Made by a program: the position numbers and the translations under genes. Positions 1 through 14,015 of a DNA stretch of 64,000 bases are shown in pieces; position 1 is the first letter of the stretch; each line of letters begins with the position of its first letter. The stretch comes from Squalus acanthias (taxonomy: Eukaryota). Under the pieces are notes generated by a model, which had not been told where the DNA came from, did no database searches, and worked only from the letters and a program-made list of their open reading frames with translations. The stretch covers positions 105,712,001-105,776,000 of the forward strand of contig CM059432.1 in NCBI GenBank assembly GCA_030390025.1. Reading direction: 5' to 3'.

Positions 1-3000
1 CTTGTGCCAAAATTGGGAGAGCTGTCCCACAGACTAGTCAAGCAACAGCCTGACATAGTCATACTCACAGGATCATACCTATCAGCCAATGTCCCAGACT
101 CCACCATCACCATCCCTGGGTATGTCCTGTCCCACAGGAGGTGGCGGCACATAGTATACAGGAGGGAGGGAGTTGCCCTGGGAGTCCTCAACATTGACTC
201 CAGACCCCATGAAGTCTCATGGCTTCAGGTCAAGCATGGGCAAGGAAACCTCCTGCTGATTACCACATACTGCCCTCCCTCAGCTGATGAATCAGTACTC
301 CTCCATGTTGAACATGACTTGGAAGAAGCACTGAGAGTAGCAAGGGCACAGAATGTACTCTGGGTGGGGGACTTCAATGTCCATCACCAAGAGTCGCTCA
401 GTAGCATCACTACGGACCGAGCTGGCTGAGTCCTGAAGGACATAGCTGTCAGACTGGGCCTACGGCAGATGGAAAGAGAACCTCTTCACCAATCTATCTG
501 CCGCACATGCATCTGTCCATGACAGCACTGGTAGTCATTGTGGAGACGAAGTCCCGACTTCACACTGAGGACACCCTCCAATGTGTTGTGTGGTACTACC
601 ACCGTGCTAAATGGGATAGATTCAGAACAGATCCTCAAATCTGGGCATCCATGAGCTGCTGTGGGCCATCAGCAGCAGCAGCAGAATTGTATTCCACCAC
701 AATCTGTAACCTCGTGGCCCGGCATATCCCTCACTCTACCATTACCATCAAGCCAGGGGACCAACCCTGGTTCAATAAGGAGTGCAGAAGCAGCACCAGG
801 CATACCTAAAAATGAGGTGCCAACCTGGGGAAGCTACAACTCAGGTCTACATGCATGCTATAGACGGAGCTAAGCGATCCCACAGTCAACGGATCAGATC
901 AAAGCTCGGCAGTCCTGCCACATCCAGTTATGAAAGGTGGTGGACCATTAAACAACTAACGGCAGGAGGAGGCTCCATGAATATCCCCATCCTCAATGAT
1001 GGTGGAGCCCAGCATATGAGTGCAAAAGACAAAGCTGAAGCGTTTGCAACCATCTTCAGCCAGAAGTGCCGAGTGGATGATCCATCTCAGCCTCCTCCTG
1101 AGGTACGCATCATCACAGAAGCCAGTCTTCAGCCAATTGGATTCACTCCACATGATATCAAGAAACGGCTGAGTGCACTGGATACAGCAAAGGCTATCGG
1201 CCCCGACAACATCCCGGCTGTCGTGCTGAAGACTTGTGCTCCAGAACTAGCCACGCCTCTAGCCAAGCTGTTCCAGTACAGCAACAACACTGGCATCTAT
1301 CCGACAATGTGGAAAACTGTCCAGGTATGTCCTGTCCATAAAAAGCAGGACAAATCCAATCCCGCCAATTACTGCCCCATCAGTCTACTCTCAATCATCA
1401 GCAAAGTAATGGAAGGTGTCATCGACAGTGCTATCAAGCGGCACTGACATACTAATAACGGCTGCAGGGCATTCTGAGGGGGGAGGGTGAACAGCCAGAG
1501 GTTGTGGTCCATATCGGTACCAACGACATAGGTAGGAAGAGGGATGAGGTCCTGCAGGCAGAGTTTAGGGAGCTAGGAAAAAGGTTAAAAAGCAGGACCT
1601 CAAAGGTAGTAATCTCCGGATTACTACCAGTGCCACGTGCTAGTGAGTACAGAAATAGGAAGATAGAGCAGATGAATGCGTGGCTGGAGTGATGGTGTAG
1701 GAGGGAGGGCTTTAGATTCCTGAGGAATTGGAACCGTTACAGGGGGAGGTGGGACCTCTACAAGCCAGATGGGTTGCACCTCAACGGGAACGGGACCAAT
1801 ATCCTCGCGAGAGGATTTGCTAGTGCTGTTGGGGAGGGTTTAAACTAGCTTGACGGGGATGGGAACCTAAGAATAGATTCAATAGGGAGGGAAGAAAAAC
1901 TGGAATTGGAAAACAAAAACGTAGAAATTAAATAGGAAGGACAGAGGAGTCAAGGGCTAGATTGTAGTCAACAAGGAGGTTTGCCTGTACTAAATGGTAT
2001 ATACTTCAATGTAAGGAGTATAGTGAACAAGGCAAATGAGCTGAGGGCACAAGTAGATACTTGGGACTATGATATTATAGCTATTACACAGACGTGGCTG
2101 AAAGAGGGGCAGGTATGGCAGCTCAACATTCCTGGTTACAGGATTTTCAGACGGGATAGAGAGGGAGGTAAAAAGGGAGGGGGTCGCAGTATTGATTAAA
2201 GAAACTATTACAGCTGTGAGGAGGGATGATATGTTGGAGGGATCATCAAACGAGTCCATATGGGTCGAATTGAAAAACAAAAAAGGGGCGATCACACTGC
2301 TGGGAGTGTACTACAGGCCCCCACACAGTGAGAGGGAGATAGAAGAACAAATATGTAGACAAATTTCTGAGAAGTGCAAAAACTATAGGGCAGTAATAGT
2401 AGGGGATTTCAACTACCCCAATATTAACTGGGATAAAATTAGTGTGAAGGGTATAGAGGGTGCGGAATTCCTAAAATGCATCCAGAAGAACTTTTTTAGC
2501 CAGTATGTAGCAAGGCCAACAAGGGAGGGGGCGGTTCTGGACTTAGTTTTAGGGAATGAAGCTGGGCAGGTAGAAGGCGTATCAGTGGGGGAGCATTTTG
2601 GTGCTAGTGACCATAATTCTGTTAGATTTAAGGTAGTTATGGAAAAGGACAAGGATAGACCAGGAATAAAAATTCTAAATTGGGGAAAAGCAAATTTTGC
2701 TAAGCTCAGAGGGGACTTAGCCATAGTGGACTGGAAACAGCTACTTGAAGGTAAATCAGTGTCAGAGCAGTGGGAGGCATTCAAGGAGGAGATCCGGAGG
2801 GTTCAGACCAAATATGTGCCCTTAAAGAAAAAAGGTGGGACTAACAAATCTAGAGCCCCCTGGATGTCGAGAGACATACAGGGTAGGATAAAGAAAAAAA
2901 GGGAGGCGTATGACAAATACCAAGGGCTAAATACTCCAGAATCTTTAGAGGAGTACAGAAAGTGCAGGGGTGCAATTAAAAAGGATATTAGGAAAGCAAA

Positions 3001-6000
3001 GAGCGAGCATGAAAAATTCTTGGCAAGTAAAATCAAGGAAAACCCAAAGATGTTTTATAAATATATTAAGAGTAAGAGGATAACTAAAGAAAGGGTAGGG
3101 CCTATTAGAGATCATGAGGGTAATCTGTGTGTGGAGGCGGGAGATGTCGGTAGGGTTCTTAATGAATACTTTGCGTCTGTTTTCACAAAGGAGAGGGGCG
3201 AAGCAGACATTGCTATCGGGGGAGGAGCGTGAAATATTAGATGAAATAAACACAGTGAGAGAGGAAGTATTAAGTGGTTTAGCAGCTTTAAAAGTAGATA
3301 AATCCCCAGGCCTGGATGAAATGTATCCCAGGCTGTTAAGCGAAGCAAAAGAGGAAATAGTAGAGGCCCTGACCATCATTTTTCAATCCTTTCTGGCTTC
3401 AGGTGTGGTGCCGGAGGACTGCTAATGTGGTACCCTTGTTTAAAAGGGGAGAAAGGATAGACCGAGTAATTACAGGCCAGTCAGCCTAACCTCGGTGGTG
3501 GGAAAATTATTGGAAAGAATTCTGAAGGACAGGCTAAATCTTCATTTAGAAAGACACGGATTAATCAAGGATAGTCAGCACGGATTTGTTAAGGGAAGGT
3601 CGTGTCTGACAAACTTGATTGAATTTTTTGAGGAGGGAACAAGGAGGGTAGATGAGGGTAGTGCGTTTGATGTAGTGTATATGGACTTTAGCAAGGATTT
3701 TGATAAGGTTCCACATGACAGACTAGTCACGAAGTTAAAAGCCCATGGGATCCAGGGCAAAGTGTCAAGTTGGATTCAAAACTGACTCGGAGGCAGGAAA
3801 CAGAGGGTAATGGTTGATGGGTGTTTTTTGTGAATGGAAGGCTGTTTCCAGTGGGGTTCCACAGGGCTCAGTACGAGGTCCCTTGCTTTTTGTGGTATAT
3901 ATCAATGATCTAGACTTGAATATAGTGGGTATGATTAAGAAGTTTGCAGATGATACTAAAATCGGCTGTGTGGTTGATACTGAAGAAGGAAGCTGTAGAC
4001 TGCAGGAAGAAATCAATAAATTGGTCAGGTGGGCAGAACAGTGGCAAATGGAATTCAATCTGGAGAAGTGTGAAGTAATGCATTTGGGGAGGGCTAACAA
4101 GGAAAGGGAATACACTTTAAATGGAAGGACACTGAGTAGTGTAGAGGAACAAAGGGACCTTGGAGTGCATGTCCACAGATCCCTGAAGGTAGCAGGCCAG
4201 GTAGATAAGGTGGTTAAGAAGGCATACGGAATGCTTGCCTTTATTAGCCGTGGCATAGAATACAAGAGCAGGGGGGTTATGCTTCAACCGTATAAAACAC
4301 TAGTTAGGCCTCAGCTAGAATACTGCATGCAGTTCTGGTCACCACATTACAGGAAAGATGTGATTGCACTAGAGAGGGTACAGAGGAGATTTACAAGGAT
4401 GTTGCCGGGAGTAGAGAATCTTAGCTATGAGGAAAGACTGGATAGGCTGGGTCTGTTTTCCTTGGAACAGAGGAGGCTGAGGGGAGACATTATTGAGGTG
4501 TATAAAATTATGAAGGGCATACATAAAGTGGATAGAAAAGACCTATTTCCCTGAACAGAGGGGTCAAAAACCAGGGGGCACAGATTTAAAGTAATTGGTG
4601 GAAGGTTTAGAGGGGATTTGAGGGGAAATTTCTTCACCCAGAGGGTTGTGGGGGTCTGGAACTCACTGCCTGAAAGGGTGGTAGAGGCAGAAACCCTAAC
4701 CACATTTATAAAGTACTTGGATGTGCCCTTGGGATGCTCTAACCTGCAGGGCTACGGACCAAGAGCTGGGAAGTGGGATTAGGCTCAATAGCTCTTTGTT
4801 GGCCGGCGTGGACACGATCGGCCGAAACAGCCTCCTTCCGTGCTGTAACTTTCTATGATTCTATGAACCTGCTCACCGACGCTCAGTTTGGGTTCCACCA
4901 GGACCACTCGGCTCTAGACCTCATTACAGCCTTGGTCCAAACATGGACAAAAGAGCTGAATTCCGGAGGTGAGTTGAGAGTGACTGCCCTTGACATCAAG
5001 GCAGCATTTGACCAAGTGTGGCATCAAGGAGCCCTAGTAAAACTGAAGTCAATGGGAATCAGTGGGAAAACTCTCCACTGGCTGGAGTCATACCTAGCAC
5101 AAAGAAAGATGGTTGTGGTTGTTGGAGGTCAATCATCACAGCCCCAGGACATCGCTGCAGGAGTTCCTCAGGGCAGTGTCCTAGGCCCAATCATCTTCAG
5201 CTGCTTCATCAATGACCTTCCCTCCATCATAAGGTCAGAAGTGGGAATGTTCGCTGATGACTGCACAGTGTTCAGTTCCATTCGCAACTCCTCAGATAAG
5301 GAAGCAGTCCGCATGCAGCAAAACCTGGACGACATTAAGGCTTGGGCTGATAAGTGGCAAGTAACATTCGCGCCACACAAGTCCCAGGCAATGACTATCT
5401 CCAACAAGCGAGCATCTAACCACCGCCGCTCAACATTCAACGACATTACCATCGCCGAATCCCCCACCATCAACATCCTGGGGGTCACCATTGACCAGAA
5501 ACTTAACTGGACTAGCCACATAAATACTGTGGCAGCAAGAGTGGGTCAGAGGCTGGGTATTCTGCAGCGAGTGTCTCACCTCCTGACTCCCAAAACCTTT
5601 CCACCATCTACAAGGCACAAATCAGGAATGTGATGGAATACTCTCCACTTGCCTGGATGAGTGCAGCTCCAACAACACTCAAGAAGCTTGACACCATCCA
5701 GGACAAAGCGGCCCGCTTGATTGGCACCCCATCCACCACCTTAAACATTCACTCCGTCCACCACCGGCACACCGTGGCTGCAGTGTGTACCATCTACAAG
5801 ATGCACTGCAGCAACTTGCCAAGGCTTCTTTGGCGGCACCTCCTAAACCCGTGACCTCTACCATCTAGAAGGAGAAGGGAACACCATCACCTGTAAGTTG
5901 CCTTCCAAGTTACACACCATCCTGACTTGGAAGTATATATCCGTTCCTTCATCGTCGCTGGTTCAAAACCCTGGAACTCCCTCCGTAACAGTACAATGGG

Positions 6001-6134
6001 AGTACCTTCATCACACAGACTGCAGCGGTTCAAGAAGGCAGCTCACCACCACCTTCTCAAGGGCAATTAGGGATGGGCAATAAAAGCTGGCCTTGCCAGC
6101 GACACCCACATCCCATGAACGAATAAAATAAAAA
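1..6134 (+). mobile_element. Non-LTR retrotransposon (CR1/L2-group LINE, 'family A'), decayed ORF2 (APE endonuclease + RT), split by a CR1 insertion at 1460-4865
   Basis: ORF fragments carry APE motifs (VGDFNVH) and RT motifs (GPDNIP, NPANYxPISLLS, ALDIKAAFD, GVPQGSVLGP, FADD). The 3' end is ...CCCATGAACGAATAAAATAAAAA. The halves rejoin as AATAAC|CTGCTCACC, matching the uninterrupted copy at about 40347-40547 (-). Confidence 0.85.
1460..4865 (+). mobile_element. 5'-truncated CR1 LINE (end of esterase ORF1 + disrupted ORF2)
   Basis: ORF1 VHIGTND motif; ORF2 motifs GDFNYP, SDHN, NYRPVSL, DFSKxFDKVPH, FADDTK, RPQLEYC. Tail TTCTATGATTCTATG. Flanked by AAC at 1457-1459 and 4866-4868. Confidence 0.9.
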
Positions 6135-6693
6135 GACCAGTCCCTAGTTGTATTGACTGACACCGTCCATTTCTGGAAGCCAGTGATCTCTTGGTGATTT
6201 TCATTCCTGGAGATGGAGCTTCAGTATCATGAAGAGCTGTATCCAGCAGCCCAACTGAGAAGCTTTTAAACTTGGTCATAAACGTCATCAAAGGGTGCAA
6301 TGCAAACCTAAACCACCCAAATAGTATTTTTGAGCATTTTGTTTAATGAAAAGTCAGACATAAATAAAAAATATTTGTGGGATCATTTTTTCCAGGTGAT
6401 AGGTTCATACAACTATCATTGTAAAGGAGCACCATCTTCATAGAAGCATTTATCATATCTTTTCTTTGTTTACAAACACATCTTGAATTATTGTGCACTA
6501 ATCACATTGAAATGCATCATTGTGTCATGTGCATGTGACATCACTGTGATGAAAATGATGTGTGGTTGTTCTCTCTCTCCCCAAATAAAAAACTGATTTG
6601 TCAATTTTTTTTTCACAAAATATTATACCACTAGTAATAACTAGTCCTCTATCTGTGATATAAGGTTGTAACTCACTGTGGATTATAATTTAG

Positions 6694-6747
6694 GTAACAA
6701 AGGGAATAGAGGTTATCCAGGACCTCCCGGATTGAAAGGTGAACCAG
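6694..6747 (+). CDS. COLEC10: Collectin-10 (CL-L1) collagen-domain exon, 54 bp, phase 1/1
   Basis: tttag|GTAAC...CCAG|gtatt. Translates (G)NKGNRGYPGPPGLKGEP(G), a perfect Gly-X-Y run, in phase with the next exon. Confidence 0.85.
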
Positions 6748-7059
6748 GTATTGTATCTGATTTCTAAAATATGTGGGTAATTCAGTAATCCCATGCTCTC
6801 AGTGAAGAGCCACATTCATTGAGGATGTGGACTGGACAGAGGGCTACAGCATGTAGAATTGATTCAATTTTCCCTATCATTTTTTGATGAGCTTTTTGCT
6901 TATGAAGCTGAGAGATGTCAGTGCTGGGGATTGGAACACTTTTCGACTTTTGGCACCCTTTAATAGCATTGAGCCCTCCCATGCCAGATGCAGAGAGGCA
7001 AATAACACTACCATTACGCTGTTCCATCAGTGTGTTTTAACTCCATCCCCAAAAGAACA

Positions 7060-8060
7060 CCCTACTATATTGGTGAAAGTCAAGTTTCCTTCACCAAGAT
7101 AGAGACCATTTGTTCAGCCGCCTTTGCCGGTTCCTCCCATTCCCCTTGCCCAAAAAACTTCCCCCTCAGACCACCCATACCTTAACTCTGAACCCCCATC
7201 TCTCTAGTTTCTCTCCCATTTCCCTCTATGCCCTCTCTGAGCTCTTAATGACCGAGACCCACTTCCTGCTGCCTCGATCCCATTCCCACTAAACTGCTGA
7301 TAACCCAACTTCCCTTCTTGCCCCACATGTTAGCTGACATTGCAAACAGTTCCTTCTCCTCAGGCATTTTCCTTTCCCTTTCAAAACCACTATCATCAAC
7401 CCCCCTCCTCAAAAAAACCACCCTCGACCACTCTTTCTTTGCAAACTACTACCCCCAGCTCCAAACCCCCTTACCTCTCCAAAGCCCTTAATGTGTTATG
7501 ACTACCCAAATCTGAGCCCATCTTTCATGCAACTCCCTATTTGAATCCCTCCAATTGGGTTTCCACCCATCCCACAGCAGTGAAATATTCCCTAACAAAA
7601 TTTACGATTGACATCCACCGTGACTGTGATGCATTCTTCCTCCTCATTCTCCTTGACCACTCTGCAACCTTTGACACAGTCGACCATATCATCCTCCTTT
7701 AATGCCTCTCTTCCATTGTACTACTCAGTAGGGGTGTACTCATTTGGTCAGAGCAGCTCTAACAATGACTTCACCGTAACATCACCTCAGGAGTTCCCCA
7801 TCTTTGGCACCCTTCTCTTCCTCATTCATGTGTTGCTCCTGGTGACATTGTCTGCTGACATGGGGCCACGTGTATGCTGATAACACCTAGGTCTACTACT
7901 CTTGACCCCTCCACTGCCTCTGTGTTGTCAGACTATTTAATCCAACATCTAGTCTTAAATGAACTGCAATTTTCCCAGTTAAACAAGACCAAAGCCACCT
8001 GCCTCAGCTCCTGCCATAAACTTCATACTCTCGCCGCCAACTCCATTTCCTTTCCAGTGT
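7060..8060 (+). mobile_element. Degenerate L2 LINE ORF2 fragment (intronic)
   Basis: C/T-rich sequence with decayed L2 RT motifs (LDPIPTKLL, ANYxP, SAxFDTVDH-like). Boundaries approximate. Confidence 0.6.
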
Positions 8061-8235
8061 CCTAGCTGGCATTTGCCCAACAATTTTGCTGTTCCAAAAC
8101 CAGCCATCCTTGTAGTTTGTCTGAGTGATACTGTCAATTTTACAGTTTTGTGCCATGGCTACATAACTACTAAGAACTGGACTGAAACTGCTTCTATTAA
8201 CACTAGCACAGACTACATGGGCCATGTGTTATAGC

Positions 8236-11200
8236 ATTACATAGGATTACATAGGATATACAGCACAGAAACAGGCCATTCAGCCCAACCAGTCCATGCC
8301 GGCGTTTATGCTCCACTTGAGCCTCCTCCAGTCTTTCCTCATCTAACTCTATCAACGTAACCTTCATATGCTTATCTAACTGCCCCTTAAATGTATCTAT
8401 ACTATTCGCTTCAACCACTCCCTGTGGTAGCGAGTTCCACATTCTCACCACTCTCTGGGTAAAGAAGTTTCTTCTGAATTCCTTATTTGATTTCTTGGTG
8501 ACTATCTTATATTGATGGCCTCTAGTTTTGCTCTTCTCCACAAGTGGAAACACTCTCTCTGAATCTATTCTATCAAAACCTTTCATGATTTTAAAGACCT
8601 CTATTAGGTCACCCCTCAGCCTTCTCTTTTCAAGAGAAAAGAGACCCAACCTGTTCATCCTTTCCTGATAGGTATACCCTTGCATTTCTGGTATCATCCT
8701 TGTAAATCTTCTCTGCACCCTCTCCACTGCCTCTATATCCTTTTTATAATATGGCGACCAGAATTGTACACAGTACTCCAAGTGTGGTCTAGCCAAGGTT
8801 CGATACAAGTTTAGCATAACTTCACTACTTTTCAATTCTATCCCTCTAGAAATAAACCCGTGTGCTTGGTTTGCTTTTTTTATGGCCTTGTTAATCTGTG
8901 TCACTACTTTTAGTGATTTGTGTATTTGTACTCCGAGATCCCTTTGTTCTTCTACCCCATTTAGATTCTTATTTTCCAAGTAATATGTGACCTCCCTATT
9001 TTTCTTACCAAAATGTAATACCTCACATTTATCTGTGTTGAATTTCATTTGCCAATTATATGCCCATTCTGCAAGTTTATTAATGTCATATTGTAATTTG
9101 TTGCAGTCCTCCTCAGTATTAACTATCCCCCCAAATTTGGTGTTGTCTGCAAATTTAGAAATTGTGTTTTTGATTCCAAAGTCCAAATCATTAATATAAA
9201 CTGTGAACAACAGTGGTCCCAGTACTGATCCTTGTAGAACACCACTTCCCACCTTCTGCCATTCTGAATAGCTACCCTTTACCCCTACTCTCTGCTTTCT
9301 GTCTTGAAGCCAGCTAGCTATCCATTCTGCTACTTGTCCCCTGACTCCTCATTCCCCGACCTTATTCATTAGTCTATTAGACCTTATCGAAGGCCTTTTA
9401 AAAATCTAGATAAATTACATCTACTGCATTATCCTTGTCTACTCTCTCTGTTACTTCTTCAAAAAATTAAATTAGTTTGGTCAAGCAAGACTTTCCCTTT
9501 TGAAATCCATGCTGACTATTTATTATTATATTTTTGGTTTCTAGATGTTCTTCCATTTTCTCCTTTAGTAGGGATTCCATTATTTTTCCTACCACCGATG
9601 TTAAGCTGACTGGTCTATAGTTCCCTGGACATGTTCTATCTCCCTTTTTAAATATAAGTATTCCGTTAGCTATCCGCCAGTCTTCTGGCACTACACCTTT
9701 TTCTAACGAATTACTAAATACGTGTATGTATGCCTCTGCTATCTCTAGATTCTTTTAAAATGCGTGGATGTAATCCATCTGGACCAGGGGTTTTATCCTC
9801 TTTGAGTTTCATTAATTTATTTGATATATCTCATTTTATTTTAAATGTAGTTATCTCATTACTAATCTCATCATCCGATGTCATCTCCACCTGTTCTATC
9901 TCCCTGGTAAATACCGAAGCAAAGTAATTATTTAATATTTCTACCCTCTCTCTATCGCCTACTGTGGTATTATCCTGTTCATCCCTTAGTGGCCCTATTC
10001 CCACTCCATCCTTCCTTTTTTCATTTACGTGCCTGTGAAATATTTTACTATTTTGTTTTATGTTCCTTGATAATTTAATTTCATAGTTCCTATTTGCCTT
10101 CCTAATTGTTTTTTGGCTTCTCTCCGAATCCCTTCATATTCTCCCTTGTCATGCTCTCCCCTGCTGTTTTTTCCTTACCCTCAATTTTTCCCTTATGTCT
10201 TTATCCAACCACAATGTCTCATTAGTGTTTAGCTTGTTCTTGTTTTTTAGCGGAATATACTTTTCCTGGACTCTGTTGAATATCGTTTTAAATGTTTCCT
10301 GTTGCTGTTCTACAGCACTGTTTGCCAATATTGTTGTCCACTTTATTTTCCCAAGTTCTATTCTCAGCCCCTCAAAATCAGCTTTTCTCCACTCTATTAC
10401 CCTGGTCTTCGTCTTTCTCAATTATTATCTTAAAACGTATTATATTATGGTCACTATTGATTAGATGTTCCCCTACTTTTACTTATTTTATCTGCTCTGT
10501 TTCATTCCCCATTACTAGAGCCAATAGTGAATCCTCCCTTGTTGGGCTTTTTACATATTGGGTTAGAAAGGAGTCCTACACACATTGTAGGAACTCTGTT
10601 CCCTTATCCCCTTTGCCTACCTCTTCTGTCCAATTAATATCTGGGTAGTTAAAATCCCCATGATTATTATTCTATGTTTTTTACTTATTTCCCTAATTTG
10701 TTTGCATATTTCTTCCTCCACCTCCCTTCCACTATTAGGTAGTCTGTATACTACCCCTATTCGTGTGATTGATCCTTTATTATCTTTTATCTCTATCTAT
10801 ATGGATTCTATTTCTGTTTTGCTGATAGCTGTGTCACTTTTTTCTACTGCCATTATGTTATCCCTAATAAGTGCAGCTACTCCACCTCCCCTTTTTCCCT
10901 CTCTATCTTTTCTAAATATGTTATACCCTGCAATGTTTAATTCCCAGTCCTGATTTTTCTGTAGGCATGTCTCAGTAATCCCTATTATGTCTGGTTCCTT
11001 GCAAAGCACGATTGCCTCCAGCTCCCCATTTTATTACAGACGCTGTGTGCATTGCTGTACAGACAGATTAACTCATTTTTAATAGCAGTTCCTCTCATTT
11101 ATTTTTAACCATCTTTTTAAACTCCTGTTCTATAACTCTATTTATTCCCTGGCCATCAATGTCCTTCCTTACTTTACTCTTTCCTGTGCTCTCCTTTCCT

Positions 11201-11900
11201 GTTTTGTTTATTTTTAGGCTGATTTCATTTCTTGTAGATCCCTCCCCACGTCTTACTAGTTTAAAGCCTTTGCCACCTCCCTATTTACCCTTTCCGCTAG
11301 GACACAGATCCCATCCCAGTTCAGGTGGAGCCCATCCCATTGGTACAGCTCCTTTCTGTCCCAGTACTGGTGCCAGTGTCCCATGAAAACTCCTCTTTCC
11401 CACACCATCACTTTAACCACGTGTTAATTCTCCTGATCTGACTGTTTCTATGCCAGTTTGCACATGGCTCAGGCAATAATCCAGAGATTATTACCCTTGA
11501 GGTCCTGCTTTTTAATTTAGCTCTTAGCTCCTGATACTCCCTCAGCAGGACCTCCTCCCTGTTCCTACCTAAGTCATTTGTTCTGACATGGACCATGACA
11601 GTTGGATTTACCCCCTCCCTTTCCAAGTTCCTCTCTACCTCTCTAGCTACCACGAGATATCCCTTACCCCTTACCCCAGCACTGAGTAGGCAACACACCC
11701 TTCGGGATTCTCGTTCTTGGCTACAGAGGACACTATCTATCCCCCTAATTATAAAATCTCCTATCACTACCACATTTCTATTCTGCTCTTCTTCCCCTTG
11801 GACAACCTGCTGAGCCACAGTGCCTTGGTCTGCATTGTGGCTGTCCTCCCTGCAGTCTTTCTCCTTGTCCTCACAGGTAGTGAGTACATCAAGTGCATTA
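8236..11900 (-). mobile_element. Near full-length decayed CR1 LINE, antisense in COLEC10 intron
   Basis: Minus-strand ORF1 SGNH/esterase (VVVIGDFIIRG, VHVRTND) at 11408-11923 and ORF2 pieces (ITET, NYRPVSLTS, FADNTK, RPHLEYC). Tail (CCTATGTAAT)n at about 8236-8260. Confidence 0.88.
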
Positions 11901-12099
11901 TATGATTCCACATAAGATCTCACCTTACAACTTACAATGGGGATATTTATCTCCTTAGTCTGGACTGAATTTCAACCCAGAGGTAGTGTGCTAAACTACT
12001 GTTCCACTCAGTGCTATGCCTGATTTTTATTTCTATCATTCTGTTATCATCACTACAACTACCATTGTTTCTGTACATCCATTAAAATCAATAACATTG

Positions 12100-12370
12100 T
12101 AAAAATGAATGCTATAGATAAGGTAGATCTGGAACATTACTTCAAACTAAGCTGTGGCAGCAGGATAAAAAAGCACAGATTCAAACTAGTGAAAGGCAAA
12201 TTCAGGACTGACATCAGGAAGTTCTTCACAAAAAGAGTAATTAACATATGGAATGGACTTCAGGATAGAGCAGTGGAGGCAAAAATCCTGGAATTATTTA
12301 AGTGACTGATACCATGATGGGTGACCTAAGCTAGATCAATTGGCCTTCCCCATTTGTATCTATCTTATGA
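12100..12370 (+). mobile_element. Old CR1 3'-end fragment
   Basis: Encodes HRFKLVKGKFRTDIRKFFTKRVINIWNGL, the typical CR1 ORF2 C-terminus. Confidence 0.7.
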
Positions 12371-12767
12371 TCTGGTGATGTATTTGACTCTTCAACACAC
12401 CAATGCCAATATGTGACACAAACACTTTTCTCCTCAAAGTCTTCACTTTAATATTCTGGCCAGTCTTATTTTGAGGCCTATTGTCACGCATGTCAACCAT
12501 CATATTAGTGCCAGGTGGTAATTGGCCAGCACCCACATGTCAGTTCATACTTGGGAGGTGAAATTCCTCTGCCCTCTATTTTTGGTGGTCTTGTTAATGT
12601 GTTAATACAAAGTTCCTCTGTATTAGCTCTAGTAGTGATAATTAGATAGTGAGTCCTTTCATGCTTTAGTCATAAATTGTCAACAAACAAAAACCATGCT
12701 TATCCTGGATAAATCAACAATAACCTGGGCAACATCACTCACATAATGTGTTCTGATGAATTAATAG

Positions 12768-12863
12768 GCAGCTTCTGTGACTGTGGAAGATACCGGAAAA
12801 TTGTAGGACAGATGGATATCAACATTGCTCGTCTGAACAACACGATGCGCTTTGTAAAGAACG
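12768..12863 (+). CDS. COLEC10: Collectin-10 neck exon, 96 bp, phase 1/1
   Basis: aatag|GCAGC...AACG|gtagg. Translates (G)SFCDCGRYRKIVGQMDINIARLNNTMRFVKN(V), closely matching the COLEC10 CDCGRYRK...ARL...MKFVKN neck as I recall it. Confidence 0.92.
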
Positions 12864-13270
12864 GTAGGTAATTTTAGATTATAAGTTGAAGCAATTCCCA
12901 TCTGAATGGGTGTGCTGGTATGCGATTTTGAATATGACAGACTAAGTCAAGGGGATGTTTATTTAGAGCAAAATTTATATTTAGCATCAGGAATACATTG
13001 ATATTTCCTCAATATTTTATATTATATAGTTATTATTACAGAATTCCAAATGCTATTGCTCTATAATTCATGTAGATTTATATTGCAAAAGAATGAAGAA
13101 AATAATTGATCTGGAATGCACTGCCTGAAAATGTGATGGGAGCACATTCAATAGTAACTTTCAAAAAGGAATTGGATAAATACTTAAAAAGGAAAAATTT
13201 GTAGGGCTATGGGGAAAGAGGGAGTGGGATTAATTGGTTAGGTCTTTCAAAGAGCCGCCACAGATACGAC

Positions 13271-14015
13271 GGGGGGAATTTTAATGTTCTGATGCGCTGG
13301 CAGCAGAGGGTGGGGGGGCCCGGTAGTGTGCGGGGAAGGGTTTCCCCACACGCTATGGAGATTTAACTCCACAGCGTGCGTGAGACGTCACTGACAGGAT
13401 CCCCGCCCGGAATTCAGCCTGATTGACAGGCTTGGCTTCCAGTCGGGTGGGGAATGCTGGAGAAGAGGCCGCAGCCCCTGGTAGGTACGAGCTCCGACCC
13501 CGGGGGGTTCTGAACCCGGGGGTTCTGAACCTGGGTGGTGGGGGCCGATCCCCGACAACAGGGGGGTCCGATCGCTGACAGCAGGGGGGTCCGATGCCCG
13601 ACACGGGGGGGGGGGGGGGGGGGGGGGAGAGGTTCCGATCCGGGAGTAGAGGTTTATATCGGGGGGGGTGGACTGATGGTGAGGCAGCTTGGGGGGCCGG
13701 GAAGAAGCACTCCTGCTCCTCCCGGCCCACAAGCAGTGCTCCCTGAGGCTGCCGGGATTCCCGAGGCCTGGGAACCCCAGCCAGCCACAGTTTAACCAGC
13801 AAAGCAGATTAAATCCGAAGCTTCCAGCCTCATTATCATATTTAAAGTGCCAACCCACCTCCTGGGAGCGGGTTGGATGCCTGCTCCCCGTCCCGTCTCC
13901 ATTAAAGCCAGAAGTGGGCGGATTGGAGGCGGGTTGGGGTCGGGATTTAGATTTTTAACACTTTAACCTCCCACCCGACCCAAATCCGCCCAGTTTTTGG
14001 AATTAAAGTTTCCCC
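13271..14015. mobile_element. TIR-bounded non-autonomous DNA element (Harbinger-like MITE) inserted in a CR1 3' end
   Basis: Ends GGGGGAATTTTAAT / ATTAAAGTTTCCCC (12/14 inverted match). It splits a CR1 tail (...CACAGATACGAC | GATGGGCCAAATGGCC) with an imperfect 3-bp TSD, GAC/GAT. GC-rich interior. Confidence 0.7.

Noticed and set aside
3765..4265. Recurrent antisense ORFs opposite CR1 ORF2 (also 45738-46175, 59393-59791)
   Set aside because: Expected shadow frames of RT coding sequence. No independent evidence of function.
6386..6430. Strong-looking acceptor TTTTTTCCAG|GTGATAGG as another COLEC10 collagen exon
   Set aside because: No Gly-X-Y pattern after GDR, and an in-frame TAA follows within 10 codons.
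13353..13958. Overlapping Pro/Gly-rich ORFs
   Set aside because: Artefacts of a GC-rich MITE and poly-G tract.
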